Notes under the pieces: generated by a model
Told to the model about the DNA's origin: nothing
Database searches by the model: none
The model's input: the letters and a program-made list of their open reading frames with translations, nothing else
Translations under genes and position numbers: made by a program
NCBI GenBank assembly: GCA_004524535.1
Contig: SDNY01000016.1
Coordinates: forward strand, 1 to 43,857
Reading direction: 5' to 3'
DNA from: Promethearchaeota archaeon
GTDB taxonomy: Archaea > Asgardarchaeota > Lokiarchaeia > Sigyniarchaeales > SOKP01
DNA length: 43,857 nucleotides
Shown: positions 8,386-18,500 of the stretch, piece after piece
Layout of the letters: each line of letters begins with the position of its first letter
Position numbering within the stretch: the stretch's first letter is position 1

Positions 8386-8643
8386 TTAGGGTTCAAGTGA
8401 TTTTCTTAGATCAATTCCAGAAATATCATCTTTTAAAACAGAATATTTTTTTAGAAGTATAGCTATAGCATGTAAATAATCCCATTCTAAATCGATAAAC
8501 TGTTCGCACACAGAACAATAATAATTTACAGTACTATTATATTTAATTAGTTTAGGTTTAAGTCTTCTAAAACAATAAGGACATAGTTTAGGCTTTGAAT
8601 CGTGAGCATTAATAATTTTTTTAACTTTTTCAAATTCTGCCAT
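8386..8643 (-). CDS. Small zinc-ribbon protein (two CxxC motifs), unknown function
   Basis: 85 aa with CPYC and CSVC. Its first codons are also preserved in the repeat copy at 38267-38286. Confidence 0.75.
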   Translation of the reverse strand: MAEFEKVKKIINAHDSKPKLCPYCFRRLKPKLIKYNSTVNYYCSVCEQFIDLEWDYLHAIAILLKKYSVLKDDISGIDLRKSLEP

Positions 8644-9205
8644 ATTTCAATCACTAATTTTTTAAAAAGATGCAAAACTAATAAATTTTAATCTTTGAGA
8701 CAGTTTATATTTATTAAGTACAAGATTTTTAAGGATATATTATATTTTTTAATAGACGATTTTAGATTTTCAATTAGGATTTATTTTAATGGTGTTTTTT
8801 ATGTCTAAAAGTAAAGAAAAAGCGATTCCTATAGGAAACGCAATTGAAAGTATTAATATTTCAAAAACTTATATCTCTGGAGAAGTAAAAGTTCAAGCAT
8901 TGAAAAAAATAAATTTTGAAGTAAAAAATGGTGAGAGATTAGTAATTTTAGGTCCTTCAGGATCAGGAAAAACAACATTGTTAAATTTATTAGGGGGTAT
9001 AACAAGTCCTGATGGAAAAAAAGGATCGCTGAATATATTTGGAAAAACTATTCATAGTTATAATCAAAAACAACTTAAAGATTATCGTCACGAAAGGATT
9101 GGTTTTATTTTCCAGTTTTTTAATCTGTTTCCTGCATTAAATGCCTTGGATAATGTAATAATTGGAATAGTTCTTCTTAAAAAAAATTAAAAAGTGATTT
9201 AAATT
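8624..9205 (+). repeat. Direct repeat copy 1 (~580 bp)
   Basis: Aligns to 38267-38849 with an offset of ~29643. It covers the start of the Zn-ribbon gene, the divergent intergenic region and the 5' half of the ABC ATPase. Roughly 93-94% identical by approximate manual count. Confidence 0.95.
8801..9190 (+). pseudogene. Truncated duplicate of the ABC ATPase at 38444
   Basis: Near-identical to residues 1-~130 of 38444..39181 (Walker A GPSGSGKTT). An A8 versus A9 run causes a frameshift and stop, and homology ends at ~9205. The signature motif and Walker B are missing. Confidence 0.92.
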
Positions 9206-9297
9206 AAATTGTAAAATTTTAAGAAATTAGTTTTATGTTAATTGTGGAAATAAACCTATTCGTTAGGCATTCAGTCTTTCAACTAATTTAAGAGTTA

Positions 9298-10188
9298 TCA
9301 TTCAAATTTTTTAATTTTTCGTAATGTTGCCTGAACACTGGTACGTATATCGTATTCGATACATCTCAATCGTAAAGGGAATAAAAAATCGCGCCCATTA
9401 AATGTAAACGGAAAAATCTGATTTTTGGCAAGAAAGTCACGAAATTCTTCATAACGTTGTATGTCGATTTTTGAAAGATCATCCCACATCCCGTAATACC
9501 CATCGATATGTTTTGCAAATCCGTTATTAACGAGATCCATTATCACATCATATTCTGATCCTTCAATATTCATTCTTAAAAGGCAAATTCTGTTTTTAAA
9601 AATGAAGTTTTTTTCCCGTAACCAATCGGAAAATCGAATGGCTTCAACCTCTTCATACTCAATGTAATCAGTTCTGTAAATGGAACTCCCTAAGCCATCA
9701 CCTGTTCCTTTGTAGAGCTTAACCTTGCCATTGTTAGGTATTACATAACATAAAGCAGCCTGTATAATAGTTACGTTCTTTTTATTTACAAATTTTTTTT
9801 GGGCTTGTAAAAAATATTCCTGGATAGCTTCAAATCCATAGGCTTCATAGCTTTCGCATATACGAGGTAATATCTTGTTCACCATTAAAGATAATTCTTT
9901 AGCGTCCTTATGAGTACCAAGATCAAAGTATAAGATTGAAATGCCATTGGGTACCGTCTGTGTAAAGAATAGTGTTTTTAATAACCCTACCTTGGATACT
10001 CTTCGATAAAGCACCCGGACAAAGAGAATAATCGTATCGATGAGAATAATCATTCCACAAACAAGTTTGTAAATTAATTTTAAGGTAAAAATTTTTTTTA
10101 TTATTCTAAATAGGTCCCAATTCCAAAACCCTTGATGTGGGTGCCAGAGCAACCATACCAATGGTTTTTTGTATTGAATTCGTTTCAT
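9298..10188 (-). CDS. FkbM-family SAM-dependent methyltransferase
   Basis: YFDLGT, AYGFEA, EEVEAIRFSDWL and LLRMNIEGSEYDVI (FkbM 'KMDIEGAEY'-like motif). Confidence 0.75.
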   Translation of the reverse strand: MKRIQYKKPLVWLLWHPHQGFWNWDLFRIIKKIFTLKLIYKLVCGMIILIDTIILFVRVLYRRVSKVGLLKTLFFTQTVPNGISILYFDLGTHKDAKELSLMVNKILPRICESYEAYGFEAIQEYFLQAQKKFVNKKNVTIIQAALCYVIPNNGKVKLYKGTGDGLGSSIYRTDYIEYEEVEAIRFSDWLREKNFIFKNRICLLRMNIEGSEYDVIMDLVNNGFAKHIDGYYGMWDDLSKIDIQRYEEFRDFLAKNQIFPFTFNGRDFLFPLRLRCIEYDIRTSVQATLRKIKKFE

Positions 10189-10348
10189 TCTAATTATTCT
10201 TTCTTTTATGCTTAACGAGCAGCTGATTAATGAAATATTTTGATTTTAAAACATGTTTACTATTTTCCTATTAATAATTAGTAAATCATATTTTTTATTT
10301 TTCTATGTAATTATTTAATTTTTTTAAATATTTGCTTTTATATTTTTT

Positions 10349-10987
10349 TTATTTTTCCTTAATGAGATTCCTTTTTATTGAAATTAGATTAATAATAATA
10401 AAAATTATATTACTTAATATAAATCCAATTAACGACCCATATAACGAAAAACCGCATATGATTAAACTAAAAGATAAAATTGTTCTTAATGTTATACGAA
10501 AAATAATAATGAATCGAATTAATTTCAATCTAAATAATCCTAATAGGATTGAAATTGTCGATGCGAATACTATTCTTGAAAAGATTAATAATGAAGAGAA
10601 TTGAATTAATATTATTAATCTTTTATCATTGATATAAAAGATAGATATTGCTATAAATTGACCATATAATATAAAGATAATTAGAAAAAACATTCAAATT
10701 AAGAGCTTTACAAATAAATTAATTCTAACTACTTTTCTAACGCTTAGATTATTTTTATTTTTCATTCTACTTATGAAATGAATACTAGCAAAATCTAATC
10801 CCAATTCTCTGAGTGATACAATAATGTCTGGTATAATGTAGCTAATTGTTAAAAGCACAAATTCTTCAACAGATAATAGTCTAATAATAATAAATGTGTT
10901 AATTATATTAAGTAATCCAGAAATAATTTTTCCGCTTATAAAAACATAACTATTTTGAATGAGATTTTGGTTTTCTTTTGATCCCAT
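10349..10987 (-). pseudogene. Decayed polysaccharide flippase (paralog of 13656..15260)
   Basis: Two abutting same-frame ORFs are separated by a TGA (10694-10696) that aligns with a GGA Gly codon of the intact paralog. Together they cover only ~210 of 534 aa. Confidence 0.88.
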
Positions 10988-11157
10988 TCTCCTCGAATTA
11001 AAGATAGTTAATAATTAGTAATTAAAGTTTAATTATTCATTTAACATGAAATAGAAAAAATGGTTTTAGATCATTTAAAAATGTATATTTTCGTCTAAAT
11101 AACGAAAAACAAGAAATTTAGTAAAAAACTTAAAACCTAAAATAGATTTTGAGGAAT

Positions 11158-12057
11158 ATGGAAAATAAAATAAATCCTGAGCCTGATTTTATTGGAATTG
11201 GTGCTGCAAAAACAGGCACTACTTGGATTTATGAATACCTGAAAGAGCATAAAAATATTTGTCTAAGCTCTAAAAAGGAAACTCATTTTTTTGATATACT
11301 GGGCAATTACAAGAAAGGATTGAGATATTATTATAAATTTTTTAGTCATTGCTCAAAAAATAAAATTAAAGGAGAAATTACTCCCAGTTATATATATTCA
11401 TATTATACTCCATTTTTAATTAAGAAAAATTTTCCTAATGTTAAAATACTTGTTTGTCTAAGAGATCCAATTGAAAGAGCTTATTCACACTATAAATATA
11501 ATATCGAAATGAAAGGAAAATTTAGCATATATAAGAATCTAAAAGAAACGATAAAGTATGACAAAGAAATAATAGATAGGGGGCTTTATTACCAGCAACT
11601 TAAAAATTATTACAATTTATTCCCAAAAGAGCAGATCTTAGTTATGTTTTATAAAGATCTTAAAAAAAATCCTAAGGAATTTATAAAAAAAATATATAAG
11701 TTCTTAGAAGTTGATGATCCAAATTACATTCCTCGTATTATTAATAAAAGAATTAGAAAGACTGGAAATAAGGTAGTTAGATTAAAAGTTCCTTTCTTGT
11801 CCTTAATCATCAATAAAAGTTATTCGGTGTTAAATAAAATAACGTTGTTAAAAACTTTTATAGAGAATAGTAGAATTATGAGTTATTTATTAGAGATTTC
11901 AGACTTAAATCGAGAAATTACATTTACCAAAAATTTAAAAGATCCGTTCTTATTTCCACTTAACAATGAGATTCGAAAACATTTAAATCAATTTTATGAA
12001 GATGATATTCAGAAATTGGAGAAACTTTTAGATAAGGATTTGAGTTTTTGGAAATAA
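11158..12057 (+). CDS. PAPS-dependent sulfotransferase (Sulfotransfer_1/3 type)
   Basis: PDFIGIGAAKTGTTW (5'-PSB), KETHFF, GEITPSY, LRDPIERAYSHY (3'-PB), RGLYYQQL. An alternative TTG start lies at 11149. Confidence 0.92.
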   Translation: MENKINPEPDFIGIGAAKTGTTWIYEYLKEHKNICLSSKKETHFFDILGNYKKGLRYYYKFFSHCSKNKIKGEITPSYIYSYYTPFLIKKNFPNVKILVCLRDPIERAYSHYKYNIEMKGKFSIYKNLKETIKYDKEIIDRGLYYQQLKNYYNLFPKEQILVMFYKDLKKNPKEFIKKIYKFLEVDDPNYIPRIINKRIRKTGNKVVRLKVPFLSLIINKSYSVLNKITLLKTFIENSRIMSYLLEISDLNREITFTKNLKDPFLFPLNNEIRKHLNQFYEDDIQKLEKLLDKDLSFWK

Positions 12058-12059
12058 GA

Positions 12060-12392
12060 TTACAGAGAGGAGCAAAAATGATAAGAATTGAGTTTATCAC
12101 TTAAGTATATTTCATTTATGTAATTATTAGGGGAAAACTTATCATTTCGATATTTAGGTCTAATATCTGGTAATTTTTTCATTAAGGTTCTCCAATTTTC
12201 AAAGAATAAAAATCCAACTATAGCCCATGTAGCATGAATTTCATATGTCTTAAATAGTTTTAAAATGGCAGGGATAGCCTTATATACTCCTAATAGATTA
12301 TCTCTACATTTTTTCAAAGGGATTGTATCTCTCAATCCCCAATAAAGTTCGAAATCTAATGAAACGATAAGAATTCCTTTTTTATTTTCCAA
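12060..12392 (-). pseudogene. Truncated CE4 polysaccharide deacetylase (paralog of 25640..26644)
   Basis: IVSLDFELYWG and IHATWAIVGFLF match the first third of the intact copy. It ends before the metal-binding HTFSH, abutting the sulfotransferase stop. Confidence 0.88.
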
Positions 12393-12525
12393 TAATTCTC
12401 ATTGTTATCTTTAAATTCATTTTATTACATAAATTAATTAAGTATTATAAATTAAATTATTTAAAATATTCAGATTTCAATAATTAAGAGCTTAAATATG
12501 AGTGAATTAGCAAATATTGTAAGAC

Positions 12526-12822
12526 ATGATATATAAAATAGAAAAGTTCCTATTATTTCCATTTTTCTACTTTCCTGAAGGAAAGATCAAGAACTTAATG
12601 CGCAAATTAATACTCAAGTGGGTAAATGAACTACCATGTGGAATGATGGTTAATAATAGAGATACCATAATAGATGTAGGAACACCCTACCCTAAAAAAA
12701 TTAAACCATTTAAAGATTTAGTTGGATCAAGGGGTAGGATTTTTTTAGTAGAACCAGAACCCATAAATGTTAGATATATTATGCAATACATAAAAAAAGA
12801 AAATGAAAGTGAAATCGATTGA
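12526..12822 (+). pseudogene. N-terminal fragment of an FkbM-like methyltransferase
   Basis: DTIIDVG...LVGSRGRIFLVEPEPIN corresponds to FkbM motifs I/II. It ends at 98 aa, overlapping the next gene. Confidence 0.6.
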
Positions 12823-13525
12823 ATTTTTAAATTACAAGAATATTAATAAATATATCCATAGTTTTGGTCGTGAAAGTGCCTATGATACTCCTTTATTTAA
12901 GATTCTTTTTTGGCGTAGATTAAAATATTTTATTAAAGTAATTCTTAAGTTACAAAATCTATGTAAGACTGAGTTTAGAAAAGTTCTCGATATTGGTTTT
13001 AATCTTGGTCACTTTTCCTTAAATTATGGTACTATAAATCCAAAGGCGGAATTATATGGATTAGATATAAAATATAAAGAGAAATATGAAAGAAGATTTA
13101 TTATCCAATTATTTAAAAAATTTTCAATTAATTTCAATATTGTAATCCAAGATATACAAGAAAAATCATTTTTCCAAGATGAATTTTTTGATTTAATTGT
13201 AGCTTTTGATGTATTGGAGCATGTTAAGAGTCCAAAATTAGCTCTTGATGAAATAAAAAGAATCCTAAAAAATGATGGAATTCTTCTTATATCTGTTCCT
13301 ATTGAATCTAAATTGTTAAGATTCTTCAAGATTTTTTATAAGAAAACCGTTAAACAAGACCTAAATTTAGAGAACCATTGGCAAGGTGAAATTCCATCTT
13401 TTAAAGAGTTTGACAAATTAGTAAAAAAAGAATTTAGATTAATATATAATCAATATTATCCATTCAAAAATTTTCCATCAATTTTTTCATATGATATTTT
13501 ATATATTTTATCAAAGAATCAATAA
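12803..13525 (+). CDS. Class I SAM-dependent methyltransferase (Methyltransf_11 type)
   Basis: KVLDIGFNLG, LYGLDI, FDLIVAFDVLEHV and EIKRILKNDGILLISVP. Confidence 0.9.
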   Translation: MKVKSIEFLNYKNINKYIHSFGRESAYDTPLFKILFWRRLKYFIKVILKLQNLCKTEFRKVLDIGFNLGHFSLNYGTINPKAELYGLDIKYKEKYERRFIIQLFKKFSINFNIVIQDIQEKSFFQDEFFDLIVAFDVLEHVKSPKLALDEIKRILKNDGILLISVPIESKLLRFFKIFYKKTVKQDLNLENHWQGEIPSFKEFDKLVKKEFRLIYNQYYPFKNFPSIFSYDILYILSKNQ

Positions 13526-13655
13526 AACAAAATCTTATTATTGATGAGAAATAAATATTTTCATTATTTATTTAATATCGAAAATTAAGTTCATTATTTA
13601 TTATTTGAAAACTTAATTTATTGAAAAATAAATATTTATAAATATTGGGAGATAA

Positions 13656-15260
13656 ATGGAATCAGAAGAAAATTCTAATCTTATTCTCAGCACTTACATC
13701 ATCGGCAGTGGAAAAATTGTCGTAGCAATTATTAATTTATTACATTTTTTATTATTAATAAGATTGTTATCAATTGAAGAATACGCACTATTGACGATTG
13801 GTTTCATTATTCCAGATATGTTATCCCTTTTTGGAGAACTTGGTTTGGATTACGCAAGTACTCATTTTATTAGTAAAATGCAACGAGACCAAGAACCTCA
13901 TAAAATTAAGGAGGTAATCAGAATTAATATCATTATAAAAATTTTGATTGGATTTTTTTTTTTTTTAATTGTTTGGTTGGGTGCTAAATTTATTGCTTTA
14001 GAAATTTATAACATTAATGATGAAAGATTGATCACTTTAATTCGGTTTTCATCATTAGAAATATTTTCAAGAATGTTATTTAATGCAACTATATCAATAT
14101 TGTTGGGTTTAGGTAAAATAAAAATAATTCGACTTGAGATTATTATTCGTATGTTATGGAGAACAATTCTATCTATAAGTTTAGTTTTATATGGTTTAAC
14201 ATTACTTGGTCCAATGATAGGTTTTTTTACAAGTAATATTATTGTAGTTTTATTTAATTTATTTCTAATAATTAAAAAAACTAACAAAGTAAATGTTAAG
14301 AGAAAATCTATAAACAAGAAACTTTTTTCAGAAATGATAAAATATGGTTATTCTTTATTGATTTACTCATTTATTGTGAGCATTCAAATCCCTATATATC
14401 TTTACATTTTAATTTTGACTTCTAATCTTCAAAATTTAAGTTATTTTAAGACCGCGGTAGATAGCGCTAAAACAATTCAAATTTTAATACAATCTATTTC
14501 GATGGTACTTTTTCCAGCCTTCTCTAAACTGGATTGGAATAATGAGAAAGATAGGAAAGTTTTAATTAATAATTTCAAATCTTCCTTAAAATTTTCAAGT
14601 ATCATTATTTTACCTATCACTTGTATCTTAATTATTTTTTCTGGAGATATATTTCCATTCTTGTACGGGGATGATTATTTACCAGCATCAATTTATTATT
14701 CAATGTATTTTATGATATTTTTGTTTGTCACGTTTGGATCAATCTCTATTCCTGAATTTCTTAAAGGTCAAAAACAAACAAATTATGTATTATATATAGA
14801 AACGGTAAACATAGTTTTTAGCGTCGTATTTGGATTAATATTCATTCATTTTTATCCCGGTATTGGACTAATTTTTGGGATTATTTTAGGAAAATTTTTT
14901 AGTGTTCTTTATAGTATATTTTTAATTTACAGAAAATATGGGATAATTTTATTTGAAAATTTTAAAAATGTATTATTTATTTTTATAATAGGAATATTAG
15001 GAGCATTAACAACTTTTTTTATGTATAATACAATTATTAGTTTTATTTCGATACAATTTATATTAATTAAACTTATATTTATTGCTATTTTTTCAATTTT
15101 TTATTTAGGGCTTTTCCTATTCTTAATAGGCTTTTTTTCTCAAATAACTCATAAAGAATTAGATTTTTTAGATAAAACTTTTAAAAATATTATGATACTC
15201 AATAAATTAATAACATATTTAACCATAATTGAGAAAAAACTTATTAAAACAAGAAAATGA
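13656..15260 (+). CDS. Oligosaccharide flippase (Wzx/MOP superfamily)
   Basis: 534 aa with many hydrophobic segments, RLLSIEEYA...ELGLDYA near the N-terminus, and VLFPAFSK, LYGDDYLPA. SD GGGAG lies upstream. Confidence 0.88.
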   Translation: MESEENSNLILSTYIIGSGKIVVAIINLLHFLLLIRLLSIEEYALLTIGFIIPDMLSLFGELGLDYASTHFISKMQRDQEPHKIKEVIRINIIIKILIGFFFFLIVWLGAKFIALEIYNINDERLITLIRFSSLEIFSRMLFNATISILLGLGKIKIIRLEIIIRMLWRTILSISLVLYGLTLLGPMIGFFTSNIIVVLFNLFLIIKKTNKVNVKRKSINKKLFSEMIKYGYSLLIYSFIVSIQIPIYLYILILTSNLQNLSYFKTAVDSAKTIQILIQSISMVLFPAFSKLDWNNEKDRKVLINNFKSSLKFSSIIILPITCILIIFSGDIFPFLYGDDYLPASIYYSMYFMIFLFVTFGSISIPEFLKGQKQTNYVLYIETVNIVFSVVFGLIFIHFYPGIGLIFGIILGKFFSVLYSIFLIYRKYGIILFENFKNVLFIFIIGILGALTTFFMYNTIISFISIQFILIKLIFIAIFSIFYLGLFLFLIGFFSQITHKELDFLDKTFKNIMILNKLITYLTIIEKKLIKTRK

Positions 15261-15555
15261 ATAATTGACTATAAAATAGATAATAACACGAATGAATAAT
15301 ACAAAATCTATTGAAAAAAGCATTCGTAATTTCCAACTCGTTAAGGAAGATATATCAAATAAAAAAAGAATATTAATTTAAATAAGTGTTAATTCATTTT
15401 TTATATTTCATTCATTTATGCATTTTTTTAAGATTTTCTAATTTTAAAACTTCTTCACTAGGATATTCTATTAAATATTTTTTGTTGTTTCTATCATCTT
15501 AGGATATCAAACCAAATAATATTTATGAAATCTAAGTTAAAATTAAATTATTAAT

Positions 15556-18500
15556 ATGAAAAATAAAGAATTGAAATCAAGAATTTTTTCTCTTTTACTT
15601 TTAATGACGATATTATTGATGGTTTTATCACAAAATAATACTTTTTTTTACAAAAATAATGATGATAAGATTAAAGAGAAAAGTCATTACAATAATATTA
15701 ACAAGATAAAGTCGAGTACTGTACATAATGCAACTTATATTTATAATAATAATTTTTCTGCGCTTCCTTCTTGTACTGGAAGCGGAACATACAAAGATCC
15801 CTATGTCATAAAGAATTTAGAAATTGATGGTGAAGATAGTCATTCCTGTATTGTTATTGAAGATTCAGACGCATTTTTTCGCATTGAGAATTGTACTCTT
15901 TATAACATAGGGAGTCTATCTTCTGAAAGTGTAGGAATTAAATTGATTAATACTTCTAATGGTATACTAATAAATAATAGTTGTTCAAGTAATTGGGATG
16001 GAAACTATGGAATATATTTACATAATGGTTGTAAAAATAACACGATTACAAATAATACTATAATAAGTACTCAGAATGGAATTTATTTAAATGATATATG
16101 CTATAATAACACTATTACTAGTAATACTATAACTGATGCCCAAAATGGAATATATTTATACAAAGGATGCCATAATAATACCATTACACAAAATATAGTA
16201 TCAAAATCTACTTTTTCTGGCATACATTTAAATGAGGCTTGTAATGATAATCGTTTTTCTGGAAATCTCTTAAACAATAATGATCTAATGGGTATGACCA
16301 TATCAAGTTCCAGTGGCAATAACATTACTAATTCTAATGAATTTAATGATAATAAAATCGGATTATATCTATTAACAAGCACCAATAATATTTTTTCTGA
16401 AGATAATGATTTTTCCTATAATAGCATGTACGGTATCTATTTAAGCGCTTCATCTATGAATACTTTTAAAGGAAATACGATAACTGATAATAATGATATA
16501 GGATTATATGTGTTTCAGGCAGTAGGGGGCAGTAATAACAATTATTTTTATGAAAACTTTTTTAGGAGTAATGCAATACATGCTGTTGACGAGGGAGATG
16601 GGAACAATTGGAATTCTAGTACCATTGGCAATTTTTGGGATAATTACACTGATATGGGGTCAGGAGCTGTAGATTTTGATGATGATGGCATAGGGGACAT
16701 TCCATATAATTTTACGGGAGGTATTGATAATTTTCCAATATGGAACGATGGAATCGAGGAAGGTTTTATTGAAATTAATGAACTCGCCTCGGGTTATAAT
16801 GCTCATAATTGGACCTGGGCCAGCGGTAGGTTTTGGTGTTCTGGTTCCGGCCTTGCTTCAGATCCTTATGTGATTAAACCGAATATGTTATGGAATGGAG
16901 TTATTAATGGAGCTGGTACTTATACTTGTATTTCAATATTAAATTCTACCAAATATTTTAGGATTGAAGATTGTACATTTTATAATTCTAATCAATCAGG
17001 AGCAGGAATTAAATTATATAATACAACTAACGGAGAAATTATCAATAATAATTGCTCTTCCAATCAAGGTCATGGAATATTTCTAAATAATTCTTCCCAA
17101 AATAGGATCATAGGGAATACTATTATTAATAATCTTAATGCAGGAATATACCTAATGTATAACTGTGATTTTAATAATATTTCTTCAAATAATTTAACAG
17201 GGAACGGTGAATATGGGATTCATATAGTAAATATTACCTGTAATAATAACATATTTTATAATAATACTTTTCAAGGAAACGCATTATTTAATTCTCTTGA
17301 TAATGGGACTAATACAAAATGGTTTTTTGGAGAACTAGGAAACAATTGGGATGATTATCCTGGAGCCGATGCAGATGACGATGGAATTGGCGATACTCCC
17401 TATACTAAAGGGGGGGTATTCGATAAATACCCTATATTTAAAGATGGACTTGACGGAATGCCCTTGTATATAGACGCACTAGCTAATGGTGTTGGTGCGC
17501 AAAATTGGACCTGGGCAAGTAAACGACTTTACATAAGTGGTTCTGGAACATTAGAAGATCCGTATGTCATTAAAGATATCATTATTAATGGCAAAAATTC
17601 AACGAGTTGCATTGTCATTAATAATTCTGAGGCGTATTTTAAAATTGAAAATTGTATTCTCTATAATTCCAGTTTTGGGGTTCCTCCGAATTTTGAGGCA
17701 GGAATCAAATTGGTAAATACTAGCAACGGGCTGATAATTAATAACAACTGTTCATTTAATACTCAACGCGGAATATATCTATATTCAAATTGTGAGAATA
17801 ACACTGTTTCTGGAAATGTTTTAAATGACAACACTTATGGTATTTATTTGAGTAATTGCGATAACAACACTCTTGCTGGAAATGATTTATATAATAATAG
17901 CTATGGTTTTTACTTGAATAACTGTAATAATAACACCATTTTAGGAAATTATATAGCCAATAATAGTAATGACGGGATTTACTTTTATACTTCTGAAGAA
18001 AATAATTTCACTGATAATATTTTAAGAGATAACGCTAATAGAGGGATATTTCTTGATGGTAATGATGGAGGAAGTAATAATAACCTCTTCTATAAAAACA
18101 ATTTCACTGGAAATTTAATTCATGCTATTGATGAACTATCAAGTAATTATTGGAATAATTCGGATATAGGGAATTTTTGGAGCAATTACTCAGATTTTGA
18201 TGCAAATGACGATGGGATTGGAGATAATCCTCATATATTCAATGGAGGGAGGGATTGGCTCCCAATTTGGAACGACGGATATAATGGGAGTAAAATTCAT
18301 ATTGATGGCTCAGGTATCAATGCTCCTAATTGGGAATGGGTCGTTTCTAGAATATGGTGTTCAGGTTCAGGAAGTCATTCTGACCCATATATTATTAAAA
18401 ATCTCGAAATTAATGGTGAAAATGATAGTAGTTGTATTTTAATTGAAAAATCAACCGCGTTTTTTAGGATTGAAGACTGCACAATTTATAACTCAGGATC

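Noticed and set aside
8199-8396. 65-aa minus-strand ORF
   Set aside because: No recognisable features; it overlaps the Zn-ribbon stop and is antisense to the better SD-supported ORF at 8146.
8624-9205. Repeat as a simple collapsed or duplicated assembly artefact
   Set aside because: The copies differ by dozens of substitutions and small indels and show reciprocal truncations. A strain chimera still needs read-level exclusion.
10694-10696. In-frame TGA in the flippase as selenocysteine or TGA recoding
   Set aside because: It aligns to a Gly (GGA) in a TM region, the gene is also 3'-truncated, and TGA ends several intact genes (e.g. 15260, 24351). It is a nonsense mutation.
15292-15381. 29-aa ORF ending KKRILI, reminiscent of an epimerase or GT N-terminus
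   Set aside because: Too short and lacks the diagnostic Gly motif; it cannot be supported.
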